57,077 bases of DNA, filler included, from Sphacelaria rigidula (GCA_964200075.2; 7 parts of 7 records of this genome joined end to end with filler, not necessarily neighbours in it), one strand, 5' to 3'. Counted from the whole stretch's first letter, positions 1 through 11,216 are shown. Program-made: numbers and translations. Notes: generated by a model from the letters alone, not told the origin.

Positions 1-66
1 ATGTACCGCGCAGATATCGGAACGGCTTTTAATGTGAAGACGACAACAACAACAACAACAACAACT
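1..66 (+). repeat. 3' end of a dispersed repeat with (CAA)n tail, probably a non-LTR retroelement end
   Basis: GCGCAGATATCGGAACG...TGTGAAGACGACAACAAC also occurs reverse-complemented at 7993-8069 and forward at 44590-44702. Confidence 0.7.
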
Positions 67-118
67 GTGCTCAAGCAGCCACGTGCTAATACCGGTGTGC
101 GTGTATCTAGTGGCCCTT

Positions 119-1405
119 TTACCAAAGGGTATTTCCCCCTTCTTCACGATCCCCGTTCGACAGGGGATTGGTCATTGCGACCGGTCCTGCGTACCAGGGC
201 GAAGCAGTTTTGTACAGATTGAACCCAGATCTGCACACAGGTGCAGAAATGCGGCGGGTCTGGAAGTGGTCGTTAGTCCAAGGTCTGTGTAATGCAGGCA
301 AGATGCAACAGGGCAACATATCACACTCACATCAACCCAACACTCACGCGCATTAGTTTCACTGCTAGCCCTTGCTCATCTACACACGGCAGTCGTTCTT
401 TGACGGAAATCCGTTTTGTATTGGACGAATGGTGGCCGCGTGCGTGTCAAGACAACAGAAAACGTGTCGTTGCTGACCGTTTTGTAAGCGTGTGCTGTGC
501 ACGCATCTCACACAAGCCACCCAACCCAAACACTCATCTCCCATTGGCAGAAGACACCCCAGTCTACTCTCCATGAATGCACACTGTGTTCCTAACGTCT
601 TTCTAACCTAAGCGGGTATCATCTGATCTACCAACCTACACATGTCTAACATGAAGTCGTCATTGAATGGGAACGATTTGACCACCAGCCACTCGTGTGA
701 CACAGACAGCTTAGTCCACACCACCAGCATAATTGATGACCTGATCACGTGCCTCCATGCCGTCCATGTCAACGCACCTGATTGCGAGGGTGTAACGCCT
801 GTAGATAGTGTCACATCAACACCCTTACCCCTGCCAACATACATAGACAAACGAGATGTCATTTCCTCCAACTTACCAACACGTGTACCCATGTTACCGA
901 GTTTCTTGTCAACCAGGTCTACTTTTGTATGGAGCAACCTGACAGAGTCCAACAGTTCCGTGAGTATCACCCCTTCCCTGTCCAGTTCATCGTGTTCGTC
1001 GTTATCATCTATTGGGGGCAACAAGTCACCGGTACTCATGGGTCAGGTTGTAGCACGCCGTTTGTTACGTGCGATGGGATCCAACGGTGGAGCTGTGGGA
1101 ACTTCTACCCTATGTGGGGGTCCCATCGTATCATCGAGCCATCAAAGCAGGTCACCGAATGAGCCCGAAACGATGTATGGGACGTGTGCAAGGTGTGGTC
1201 CAGTGTCTGAAGTATTGCGGACAAGGGATGCTGGGAGGGTAAGAACACTGGGAAATACCCTTAGCTTACACAGTCCCATCAGAAATGAGGTACCCTTGTC
1301 TATACGGCTTATGCTACGACTTGCCAGTAATATGAATCCGTTCGAGGCGGGATGTGCGCGGATCGAGTTCTCGTACCGGTTACTTTTTCGTCTCCCCTCT
1401 TTTAT
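119..1405 (-). pseudogene. Decayed protein-coding sequence of unknown family, with a coiled-coil-like segment
   Basis: ORFs 608..1039, 380..574 and 119..319 share one frame. From 380 to 1405 there are only three internal stops (1142-44, 1043-45, 608-10). Heptad-like stretch LLDSVRLLHTKVDLVDKKLGNMGTRVGKLEEM. Confidence 0.45.
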
Positions 1406-1490
1406 TCATGTTTTTTTCTTGTTTTGACGCTACAGTCTGCAATCCGTAGAACCACGGTTTTGTCCTTACATATACCTGGTATTATTTGTA

Positions 1491-2620
1491 TAATCAAGGG
1501 GAAGGTGCCCATCTGCTGGAAAATTTGGGCCAATTTTTTCTCGTTGATTAAACTGAATGTCTAGTAATCACTATACCTAGCGGAGATAGTGTGCATACTG
1601 AAATCTACATGAAACCCCGAACGAAAGATTGAGCGGATGACGATTTTTGTTGTGGACCTTCCCTGGAGCACGGGGAGACGACAGATACCCTCATCTTCAC
1701 CTAATTCGTTCGGGGAGACGACAGATACCCTCATCTTCACCTAATTCGTTCGGGGAGACGATAGATACTCTCATCTTCACCTACTTCGTGATTTATCTCG
1801 AGATATGGGGCACATAAGTTTCTATACTAAAATCAAAATATTACGAGCAGGGGCACCAGATGACCCAAATCTGGATATCGCGTCCCAGTTCTTGGGATTT
1901 ATGCTATGAAATTTGGTATAGAGCACCATTAGTGGACTATGAAATAAAAAAGGCAGCTTTTTCGTTTTATTTTATTTTTATTTTTTCGTGTTTAGGGGAG
2001 TGTTGAGGAGAAGTGAACATTACTCTTGGGCCTCATCTCAATTTCTAGACTTGTGATTTGAAACTTGGCATGGAGAACGACAGAGGTGTGCTGCGGAAAA
2101 GAGAAATGAGTTTTCAATATATTTTTCAATTCAGGAGACGTTCGGGCGTTCTCGTAAAAAAACAGTCGTCACCCTACTAAAACGCCCTCAATCAGTGAAA
2201 AATAAAATTGAAACCAAACTCATCCATTTTTCTTGGTTCATCATGACCTAGCGACGTCCCGCGCAAAGTTTCAATCCACAAACACCGAACGTGGGCCGAT
2301 AAACGGCCTGCAGAATACTGTGCCGAATTTACACCGGCCCGGTTACTCGGAGGTATTTTCGCAATTTTCTTTGAGTTGGACAGTGAAATGTAGTATGGGC
2401 AGTCAACAGGGCATGAAGAAAAGCTGTCTGTGAGGTGCCCAAGATTGTTTTTAATTTTTCTCATGAGTTGAGGGCAATAATCAGTTTCAAAGTTTCAGCA
2501 ACATGCACTCACCTTAAAATAAAAAAGAGTTCGGGTTCTCACAGACAGCTTTTCTCATGCACTGTTTATTGTCCATACCACATTCCACTTTCCAACTGCA
2601 AGAAAAAAATTGCGCTTGTA
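1491..2620. mobile_element. Non-autonomous DNA-transposon-like repeat with internal tandem and inverted repeats
   Basis: 1491-1820 aligns with 15913-16165 (AATCAAGGG(G/A)AAGGTGCCCAT...). Nested inverted segments at about 2050-2130/2195-2280 and 2360-2614. Confidence 0.55.
1671..1789 (+). repeat. Tandem repeat, 3 x 40 bp
   Basis: CGGGGAGACGACAGATACCCTCATCTTCACCTAATTCGTT at 1671, 1711 and 1751 (third copy has a few substitutions), no spacers. Confidence 0.95.
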
Positions 2621-4439
2621 GGCTGGCCCAGCCTGTACAATAACGTCATCGGCTATGTGACGCCAATCGAACGGCGACGCAGTCCTTTGTCATCAGATGG
2701 GTCAGCAGTTCACAGTAATACGCTTACATCGGGCTCATCCGGGAAACTGGAGAGGCTGTCGTGTGGGCAACTTTTAGCAGCTTCCAAGCTGGCGCAGCTC
2801 GTAGGTGTTTTTGTACGTCTCGACATCCTCTAAAAAAAGAGGGATTTCTGTGCATTTTGGAGCGATGTGGGGGATGGGGAAGTGGTATCGCAGCCATCGA
2901 TCACTGGTCGTTGTTCGAAAAGTGAAAGGAGGGTTTTGAAAAAGGGGATAATTTCCTCCGTAAAGAACGACCCTCCCTGGAAAAATCTTCCGGTTACAGT
3001 ACTGATCCGCTTCGAGAATCAATAAATCAGAGAGTGCGCTCAGTCTGACTTTTTTCTCCTGTGCGAGCGGGAAACCACGCTGTTGATATTGTCCAAACCA
3101 CACTCATGCAGCTTCCAACCTGTATACCTGATATTTTCTTCAAAATACTCAGTCTTGTTTTCTTCGTAGATTCGAACAGGAATGTTGACACGCGAGTCTC
3201 GAGCTCAATTTTGGATCGTTCTCGATAAAATTTCGACACGATGTGAAGGACGTACATGCAAAGACCCCCCCGCCCCCCCCCCCCCCCCGCCGCACGGGAG
3301 TGATTTCACTCCTCCCCTTCTCCGTCGCCCGTACTTTNNNNNNNNNNTGGTTCTTTCTCAATAAAATTTCAACCCATGTGGAAGGACGAAAATGCAAACC
3401 CCCCCCCCCCCCCCCCCCCCCCCCTCTCGTTATTCTTGTTCATTTTCGTAGGTCATTGGCAATTTTGTTCCGAAAAACTATTCTAAAACTTCATGTCGCC
3501 GACAACTCACGAAAAAAAACACTACACGGGGGGATTTTCGGGATCTCGGCGAGTACGTTTTGAACATCGTGTCGACAACCGGTTACTATATGCTATATGG
3601 AGGTGGACCAGTTACGATTCAAATGCGTTAATGCTGTTTAATTTCAAGCTGTTTTCATTGAAATTTCGATATGTATAGTTAGGGATGCGAATCGGGGCGG
3701 GGGGGGGTGTTAGCCCCCGAATTTTGTCAGGCTGTTCGACGGAATTTTTTGCAACATATACTACTTATCCTCGTTTCCTTTCTTTCATGTGGATACACTT
3801 GATCTAACACATCATTAGAACGAGCAAATCGTGCGTTTAAGCGACATCCTACCTGTTCAGGCGCTACATACACGCCCACACGTCCTTTCTTCTCAACTCC
3901 TGTAGCGTTCGCTGATACTCTGCAAAAAAAATATTTTTTGCCGCCTGGTGAGCCGAGCGTGGGACGTTCCAGGAAAGCGAAGTCATCACAACATCCATTG
4001 TGATTTGAAGCACAAAACGCAAGAAACAGCGCTCGAATCGCACTCGTGGTCGACGAGATCGTCTCTGATTTAGGCGGCCTATCGATGGACTCTCCCCAAC
4101 AAACCACCGTCCCCGACAGAAGCAAATGAACAGAAAAGACGCAGACTGGACTGTGGAGGCAAGGGAGGAGAGGTCTGAGCCGGAGTGACTTTATTGGTTC
4201 CGTAAAAGTATATCCGTGTGCAATGCACTCCGACAAGTTAGTAACAGAGAAGGGTTGCTGCTTGTATATCCAGCTGCTCTGGGGATCCAAGTGAGGGAGC
4301 GTGGTGTGTACTGGAACAGACAACACCATGGTGACTGGCTTGTGGTCTTCTCTTTCCTGGTTATGCAGAGTCCACCTTTACCGCCACATGTGGCCCGCCC
4401 GCTGTCATAATCTCTGCGCTGCCATAAAGATTCAGTGTT

Positions 4440-5410
4440 GTGTTCACATATACTGACTTGGCATGATTTGACTCGAAATATGGACAGGACCCACATCACC
4501 CACCGTGAAGGCCGAACGGTTCGCGTACATAGCTGGGGGAAGGACGAGTTCACATTGTTCGAAGGTTTCTTGTAATCTGGTCCGCGGTGATGCCCGTAGA
4601 TAATGGGAACAGAGGGAAGGAATGCACGGAGGGAGAGAGAGAAGACAACACTATGCTGAACTGGACTGGACTGGATTGCCCTGTATTGTACTGTTGTGCC
4701 TTGTTCGGCTTTGCCCATCTCTACACAACCACCTTAACGGCGAGTCATATGTTGTACGGTTAGGACAAATCATCACGACTCGAAATCACCAAATTCACGA
4801 TTTATTCGGCCTGATTGCCCAAANNNNNNNNNNCCTGGGTTGCAACACTGAAATGAAGCCTAGGGATTGATTCGTCACGAGTCGACTCATGACACTAAAA
4901 GCAAGTAATTCCCAGACGATTCATTATTTGTCCGACCCTTGATATGTTTTGCATTGGCATAATTTTGACTCAAAATATGAGTGTAAGATACGGATTACCC
5001 ACCGTGGAGGTCTTAAGTCAAATTCCAGAGCTAGGGGCAGGCCGACTCCACGCTCGCGAAAGGTTTTTTGTGGTCTGGTTCATGGTTATGGCCATAGATG
5101 ATGGGAGCAATGGGAAGGAACGCAGGGGGGGGCGGGAGAGAAGACAAAACTCTTCTGTGCTGTACTAAGCCCTGTTCGGCTTTGTCCATCCATATACAGT
5201 CACCTTCAGGGAGAGTAATCTGTTGTACATTAGCATAATTTTGACTTGAAAGATGAACGCAAGACCCAGGTGACCCGCCGTGGAGGCTCAAAAGTTCAAC
5301 GCTTTTCAAAATTTCGTGTGATCTGATCATTTATGGTGCTCCCCGAAGAAGGGAAGGAAAGCAGTGTGTGGGGGGGGAAATGAGACAACACTGCACTCTA
5401 CTGTCTGTAC
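4440..5410 (+). repeat. Diverged tandem repeat of about 277 bp, at least 3 copies
   Basis: TTTGACT(C/T)(G/A)AA...CCC(A/G)CCGTG(G/A)AGG at about 4468, 4964 and 5240, plus recurring GGGAAGGAA...AGACAA blocks. 10-N gap at 4824-4833. Confidence 0.75.
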
Positions 5411-7213
5411 CACACAGCTTTCGTACTGCATTGACAGCTGTTGTTGTACTCTCTGTTTAAATTTGTCTTCGTAGTCACTCTCAAAGTCGGTATCTGCATC
5501 GGAAAAATCTTTACTTGCAAAATGATTCATCAAAACGCCAATGAGCAATGAACCTGCGGCAGAGTGTGTGATCTGCGCAGAAGGCCTTCCACGGTCCTCT
5601 TGGAACCGACCAGACGGATCCTTTGTTTCTGACTGGCTAGCTTGATTTGTCCATCAGGAAGAGCCAGGACACTTTCGGGGAAAGGTTTCCTATATGTTTC
5701 GTGAGGGATTCGCACCCCGAACAGTACGTATGTGCGAAAACAAAACATTTATTTTCATGTATTTTCATGTTCTCTTGGTGTGTTACTGGCAATTTCGTTC
5801 AGGGAAAAAAATGTTCTGAAATATTCCGTCGCCAATAATTCACCAAGAAAAGGAAAAAATACACGGGAGGAATGAAGGGGTGTTCGCACATGTCCTGTAC
5901 TTTGTGTCAAAAGTTCATCGAAAACGACCAAACAGTGAGCTCGGAGATTGTGCTACAGATTGTGCGGCACCACGCGGCACAAAACTGACTGTAACCGGAA
6001 GTCAGCCGTATTCTTTCGGCGAAGTCCACCGCACGTAGTACCCTCAATTATTTTCACTTTCGCACTTGATCACATTTTGGTATTTCGTTTGATGAAACAT
6101 TGTCGGATCACAGTGCTACATAGTTTTAAAGATGCGCGCTGATTAGTCCATCAACACATGTGTCGTAGTGGGCACAACTCGTGATACATCGTCAGTTAAA
6201 ACGGGCTGAAGAAGGGAGCTTCTTAGGCGGCTCAGCCTATACTGTATGTAGACTCAAGGAACAAGGAATATATGCGCGTAATCTGCAGGCTACGACGATA
6301 ATTCCACTGCGAACGGGTTTCATCCATGCCATGAATAAAACAACGCATCATGAGTTGCACAGCCTCTCCAGTACCGGGACGTCGAAGCATACTTGACTTA
6401 AATTACTGCAGCCTATATGCAACACTCGACTGTATCACGTTCTGACTTTCACACACGAAGAGAAGCTGCCAGCAACAACCATGGTGTTGCTTCTGGTAAT
6501 GATGAATCATTTGATTTCGACCGCATCTTCTGTGCTCAAACACCGTGCACGTACTTGAAGACATCTCTCCCGGTACGATATGAGTAATTTAGCTCACTCA
6601 CATAGCTACCGGTGCTCTTCAGTGCTGCTGTAATCCTCGCCATAATCAGAGGCCAAATGGAAAAAACAATTAGCTAATGCCGCCTTGTTCACCTGGGCTA
6701 TGGGCACAGAGTGTTGGCCTCAAACGATGGCTGTGTTATGTTTGTACAGCGTGAGTTGTTCGCGACTGCGATTGGGGCGGGTTGAATGGAGAACATCTTG
6801 CGGACTTCGACAAATGCCGGTATCTGGTGTCGATGCTTGGGGAGAAACACCGATATCCAAGTTGTGCCATGTGGCGAATGCAACAGAGAGATGAAGTTTC
6901 TCGAGGATTTCTCAGGAATTATCCACACGCATGTGTACCAGTATGCTTGATCAGGTTTCAACGTTTCCACGTCTTGTTATTCAGGGGTGGTAACCAAGGT
7001 GATCTAATGGCGAGCGACACATTGAGTTCATTTGGGGATACGGCATATGGAGGAAGACGACCAAATCAATGGCTGACCGCATTCCACAGGGTAAAAAACG
7101 TGCGCCTTTTCCCGGTTATGTGTGCAAATGATTTTTCCGCATCCAACGACACCACGGCAAGGCTACGGTTGGTTGTTTTCTTCGAGGCCGGGACACATGA
7201 CAATAGAACCCAC

Positions 7214-7586
7214 CTTGAGGTCATCCGTCACCATCTGCTCGCTAATCGCGTTCGCGTTCGCCAAGGCGTTCTCAGCCGAAGTAAAAGGCTGGAATCCCTT
7301 GAGCTTCACTGTCCGCAAGAAACGCTGCGGATCCAACACCGCTTGTTGTACCTCATCTAGAGAGCTTCCGACTTCCTCCGCCTCGACAACCTCCATGAGG
7401 GCATATCCGGACGCCGATTCGTACAGAACGAAGAAAGCCTGTAGACAGCCACAAGAACATGATGTTGAGTGTAAGGTGTTGGAGACCTGTTTGTCGGTTT
7501 TGGGTGGTTATGGACCTTCTGTAAAACAAATACCGGATCATAAATTTGGTTCTTCTACATTTTCCTTCTCCCTCGAGACTCACCAT
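7214..7586 (-). CDS. NOP56: Nucleolar protein 56 (box C/D snoRNP core), 5' partial: exon 1 = ATG only (7584-7586), exon 2 = 7214-7438
   Basis: CAAC-ATG|gtgagt ... ctacag|GCTTTC splices to MAFFVLYESASGYALMEVVEAEEVGSSLDEVQQAVLDPQRFLRTVKLKGFQPFTSAENALANANAISEQMVTDDLK|gtgggt, matching the NOP5NT N-terminus of Nop56. Later exons not found in this contig. Confidence 0.9.
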
Positions 7587-7992
7587 GTTGTAGCGGTGAA
7601 GCTGGACCTGTTTATCCAGGTTCACAGACCCCGGCTGGACAGGAGATACCAATACTCGTGTGCTACCACCAGTCGTACGGTACATGTACCGCCATGGCGT
7701 ACTCTTGGGTCAGTTTCTACTGTCGTCTTGAGTCTCTTTTGTCGTAATCTTATCTCGATAGTTGGGGGTAGTCATTATCCGGATGAATATGTAAAAGGGT
7801 TGTTCCGGCAAGGTTCCGGCCAAGTTCCTGCTAGGCTCTTCGGCTGCGATTCTGTGCAATGTGTGGGAGACAAGAAATAGAGAATCTATTGACGAGATTG
7901 CCGCTTTACTGCCAGGACTTGGCTGACTATAATTACCAATTGAGGTGGGTAATCACAATGATCGGCTAACAACTCGTGTTCCAGACCTGGCA

Positions 7993-8069
7993 CTTGTTGT
8001 TGTCTTCACATCGAAAACCGTTCCGATATCTGCGCGGTACATTCGTACTGGGCATCTGATGCGGACGCC
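7993..8069 (-). repeat. Second copy of the (CAA)n-tailed dispersed repeat
   Basis: Reverse complement of the sequence at 1-50 and 44590-44700. Confidence 0.75.
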
Positions 8070-8169
8070 NNNNNNNNNNNNNNNNNNNNNNNNNNNNNNN
8101 NNNNNNNNNNNNNTTAATTAATTAANNNNNNNNNNNNNNNNNNNNNNNNNNNNNNNNNNNNNNNNNNNN
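8070..8169. other. Artificial contig linker N44-TTAATTAATTAA-N44
   Basis: Identical 100-nt linker that puts stop codons in all six frames. Confidence 0.99.
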
Positions 8170-8292
8170 TAAGCACAAGCAAGTGATGGAGGTAAAGAAA
8201 AGCACACATGCAATAAGAAATTGAATCACTTAAAGCGAATGATCAAAGCCGCTCTCAAACGTATCATCTACTCTCAATCTCACGAAAACACT
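8170..8292 (+). mobile_element. Partial (right half) copy of the approximately 295-bp MITE family
   Basis: Ends in CTACTCTCAATCTCACGAAAACAC, as do the copies at 9818-10113 and 41800-42092. Confidence 0.7.
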
Positions 8293-8300
8293 GTTTGTTG

Positions 8301-8683
8301 TGGTAGGTTCAAGGAAAGGGATGGTTACCTACTCTGTTTTATGTCTTTATCCAGGCTGTATCCTGGTAGGTTTAAGAAAAAGGGTAGTTAGCTTCTCTAT
8401 TTCATGTCCACGTCCAGTCTGTGTTATGATAGGCTGAAGAAAAATGATGTTTGACTCCTTTTTTTCATGTCCATGTCCGGGCTGTGTTATGGTAGGGAAA
8501 ACAAAAATGATGGTCAGCTGCTCTATTTCATGTATATGTCCGGGCTGTGTTATGTTAGGTTAAAGGAATAGCAGGGGTAGCTTCTTTATTTCATGTCTGT
8601 CCGGGCTGTGCTAAAGTAGGTCAAAGAAGAAGGAGGGTAAGCTTCTCCATTCCATGTCTATATCCGGGCTGTGTTGTGGCAGG
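8301..8683 (+). repeat. Minisatellite, 6 x 63 bp (one unit 61 bp)
   Basis: Units start at 8301, 8364, 8427, 8490, 8553 and 8614. Conserved core TTTCATGTCNNNGTCCGGGCTGTGTTATGGTAGG. Confidence 0.92.
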
Positions 8684-9311
8684 CAAGCCGCGTTCTAAAA
8701 TATACAATAATTTCGACGTTTGTGTCACCACTATAATATATATGGTCTTGAACGAAAATTCGGTCATGTCGGTCTCCTTGGTTGTCCATGGCGATCAGCA
8801 TGATACAACGCATGCGACAATTAGGTGGAGTATCGCGGAAGGCATGTTCTAATCGGTGAATTTGGAGTCGAAAGCATGAACCAGCCTGCAACGTCGGATT
8901 TTCTTTCAGCAGTCTTTTTCGGAAACGTCGGAAAATCATTCCAATTTCGTCGGAAAATGTCGAAAAATCTGAAAAAAAAACTGTCCAGTTAGTAGTACCC
9001 CTTAAAATTCATGACCGAAGGCACATACTTGCCATTAATAGGGTCTCTTCAACCCTCCTGAAACCCATTTGCTTGTTTTATGCGGATAGGTGTTGCTTAT
9101 CCACCGAAATTCACGACGAACAAGTCCGAATCCCACGAAGAGCCGGTTCAGCCGCCGTCGAACGAGCAAATACCTGGGCGCTATGAAGGCTTGTAGTGGA
9201 CCCAGTCTCATACCTGCTTGCCTTCTTGTTTCTCGTTCCTCGTTTCTAAAATGCCGCATTGAGAGGGAAAGCGTAGAGAACGCTACTGCAAAAGGGAACA
9301 GAAAATGGATG

Positions 9312-9610
9312 CACGCATGATCTTGCATGCCGTAGTCACATGATCATCGGCCTCGCATCCCTGCAAAAGCAACGGGGCACACAGGGTTTTCGCTGGACCA
9401 GGCTCGCAGTCACCAAGGGCAAAGCCCCGTGGTGTGTTCAGCGAGTCGCATAAAGGACAAGCTGCATTCTGCCACGATTGTTCGGCCTGAAGCGTAATAA
9501 GCACCTTGCATTTGGATGGCAGCCTCGAATGACCTGCTTCATTTTCTCGTATCACCACTCTCAGAGGCAGCCATGGGTTACACCACCTCATGAGTGTCTC
9601 ACCATTTGAA
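9312..9610 (+). repeat. Dispersed repeat family of about 300-330 bp
   Basis: CATGATCTTGCATGCC...GGACCAGGCTCGCA...AGCTGCAT(T/C)CTGC...CAGCCA(C/T)GGGTT shared with 26360-26685 and 40360-40636 (minus), fragments at 24275-24392 and 48470-48545. Confidence 0.85.
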
Positions 9611-9817
9611 CAAGAGAGGTGGGCGGGGTGGGGGAAGCATGGCCAAGCCACCATCTGAAGCGCACGGCGTCCCTCGGGTCGGCCACGACAAACACACACA
9701 CGCGCTTGTGTCCCTTCCCCTTCTCAACGGGTGATGGCGGTCGCGGCTGCGCCTCGTCACGGTGATTTCCGGAGTAATTTGAACAGCAAACCCATCTGTT
9801 CACGTAATGTTGACAAC

Positions 9818-10113
9818 GTGTTCGTGATATTGAGAGTAGAGGATACAAATGAGCGTGAGAAGCGGTCAATTAATGAGTGAACACTTTGAGTTCCGACCCC
9901 CCCCCCCCCCCCCACGAGGCCCGATACGCTTTCTGCAGTAGCTTGCCACTGAAGCCACTGATATCCCTGATTAGGGTATCGATGTGTAGCTGTAACTACA
10001 CGCCAGTGTTACAGGCAGAGAAAAGCACACAGAGAATGAAAAGCTGATCAAGTTCAAGCAAAGGACGAAACCCACTCTCAATCGACGCTCCACTCTCAAT
10101 CTCACGAAAACAC
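9818..10113. mobile_element. MITE-like element with about 30-bp imperfect TIRs
   Basis: GTGTT(TT)CGTGATATTGAGAGTAGAG ... CCACTCTCAATCTCACGAAAACAC; full homolog at 41800-42092. Confidence 0.75.
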
Positions 10114-10518
10114 CTCTTGTTGTGGGAGTCCACGTACTCACGTCTGATTACTACGCCGAAATAGTGACACTCACGAGTGCCAAATTCAGGCAGACGCTCA
10201 CGATGATAGGACGTAAAATGCCTGGCATCATGTCCTTCAAGAGTGAGGAAAACGAATAGTGCCGGGGATTGTCAACCCTTTGACAGCCGCAGCGGTACAT
10301 ACGTTGAATGCGCATTTCTTTCCCTTGATGAGTGAATGTAGTACCACTCAGATGACCCACCCTGGCGATCACATGAGGTGACAATCGCAGCCCGAAATGA
10401 TCCAAGCGGTTTCCTAGGAGTAAATGCCAGATCAACAACAAAAACAAGTTTAAATCAACGCCATCCCCGCTGCCTACTCCGGTGCAGCGTACGCCCTCCG
10501 CTAAAAATATCTGCTAAT

Positions 10519-10959
10519 AACACGGGATCTTACAAATTGGGGATGGATCTTTTATTGGGGATGAGAAACGCGGAGAATTAATCTTCATATCCACACCAGA
10601 TCTTCGAAATATGGTTCAACTTCTTCACCTACTGATAGCTACTGAAAACTGCTACACGCCATGTAGATTTGGATTTCGACCACCAAAATGTTGGGGTCCT
10701 AGGTCAAACACCAATTTCGGAACCATTTTGGCGTCCGTTCGGACACACGGAATTCCCCAAAATTGGTTCTTCACCTAGAACCCTCACGTTTCGGTTATCG
10801 AAATCCAACTTTTTATGGCGTTTAGCAGTTGTCAAAAGCAATCAGTAGGTGAAGAAATGGAACCATGTTTCGAAAATTTGGTGCGGATACGAATATTTTT
10901 ATTATCCGATATCTCATCCCCAATAAAAGATCCATCCCCAATTTGTAAGATCCCGTGTT
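10519..10959. mobile_element. Foldback MITE, 441 bp, 48-bp perfect TIR, flanked by TAAT
   Basis: AACACGGGATCTTACAAATTGGGGATGGATCTTTTATTGGGGATGAGA and its exact reverse complement. Imperfect symmetry continues for about 200 bp per arm. TAAT at 10515-18 and 10960-63. Confidence 0.92.
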
Positions 10960-10963
10960 TAAT

Positions 10964-11216
10964 GAGTGGTGCTACGGTAGGGTTGCACTTTTTGAGCGAA
11001 AATGTTTATCGGGGTGTTGCACGGATCATTTTGAGAATCGGCATCACTTTTACTTGAAAAAGACTGAAAATGATGCCGATTCACGAAAAGGCCCCTGTGT
11101 GCATCTTCATGTCCCGTCCCTGGAGATTTTAGTTGCTCAGTAAACTCCATATATTTGGGCTCCTACAAAAACGAAATCCAGAAACAAAAAGTGCAACCCC
11201 TACCGTGGAATTGCTC
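10964..11216. mobile_element. Sola-like MITE (GAG...CTC termini, 4-bp TSD TAAT)
   Basis: TIR GAGTGGTGCTACGGTAGGGTTGCAC / GTGCAACCCCTACCGTGGAATTGCTC, TAAT on both sides, second copy at 21863-22115. Superfamily inferred from termini and TSD length only. Confidence 0.8.

Noticed and set aside
642..1427. 261-aa plus-strand ORF
   Set aside because: Ser/Thr-rich antisense shadow of the more protein-like minus-strand frame
1671..1789. CRISPR-like array
   Set aside because: Head-to-tail units with no spacers, eukaryotic context, no cas genes
2192..2244. Box C/D snoRNA on the NOP56 strand (ATGATGA...CTGA)
   Set aside because: Only 53 nt, no terminal stem, AT-rich interior, and inside a repeat element
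3265..3424. Poly-C/poly-G tracts as poly-Pro proteins or functional G-quadruplexes (also 24570-24615 and 32482-32510)
   Set aside because: Homopolymers next to gaps or contig ends have unreliable length and there is no supporting evidence
1..8069. Contig 1 as one giant TIR transposon capturing NOP56
   Set aside because: The inverted terminal sequences belong to a dispersed tailed repeat with a third copy at 44590. The assembly most likely just broke at two copies
8301..8683. CRISPR array with 34-bp repeats and 29-bp spacers
   Set aside because: The variable halves align with each other, so they are not unique spacers, and the repeats are too degenerate
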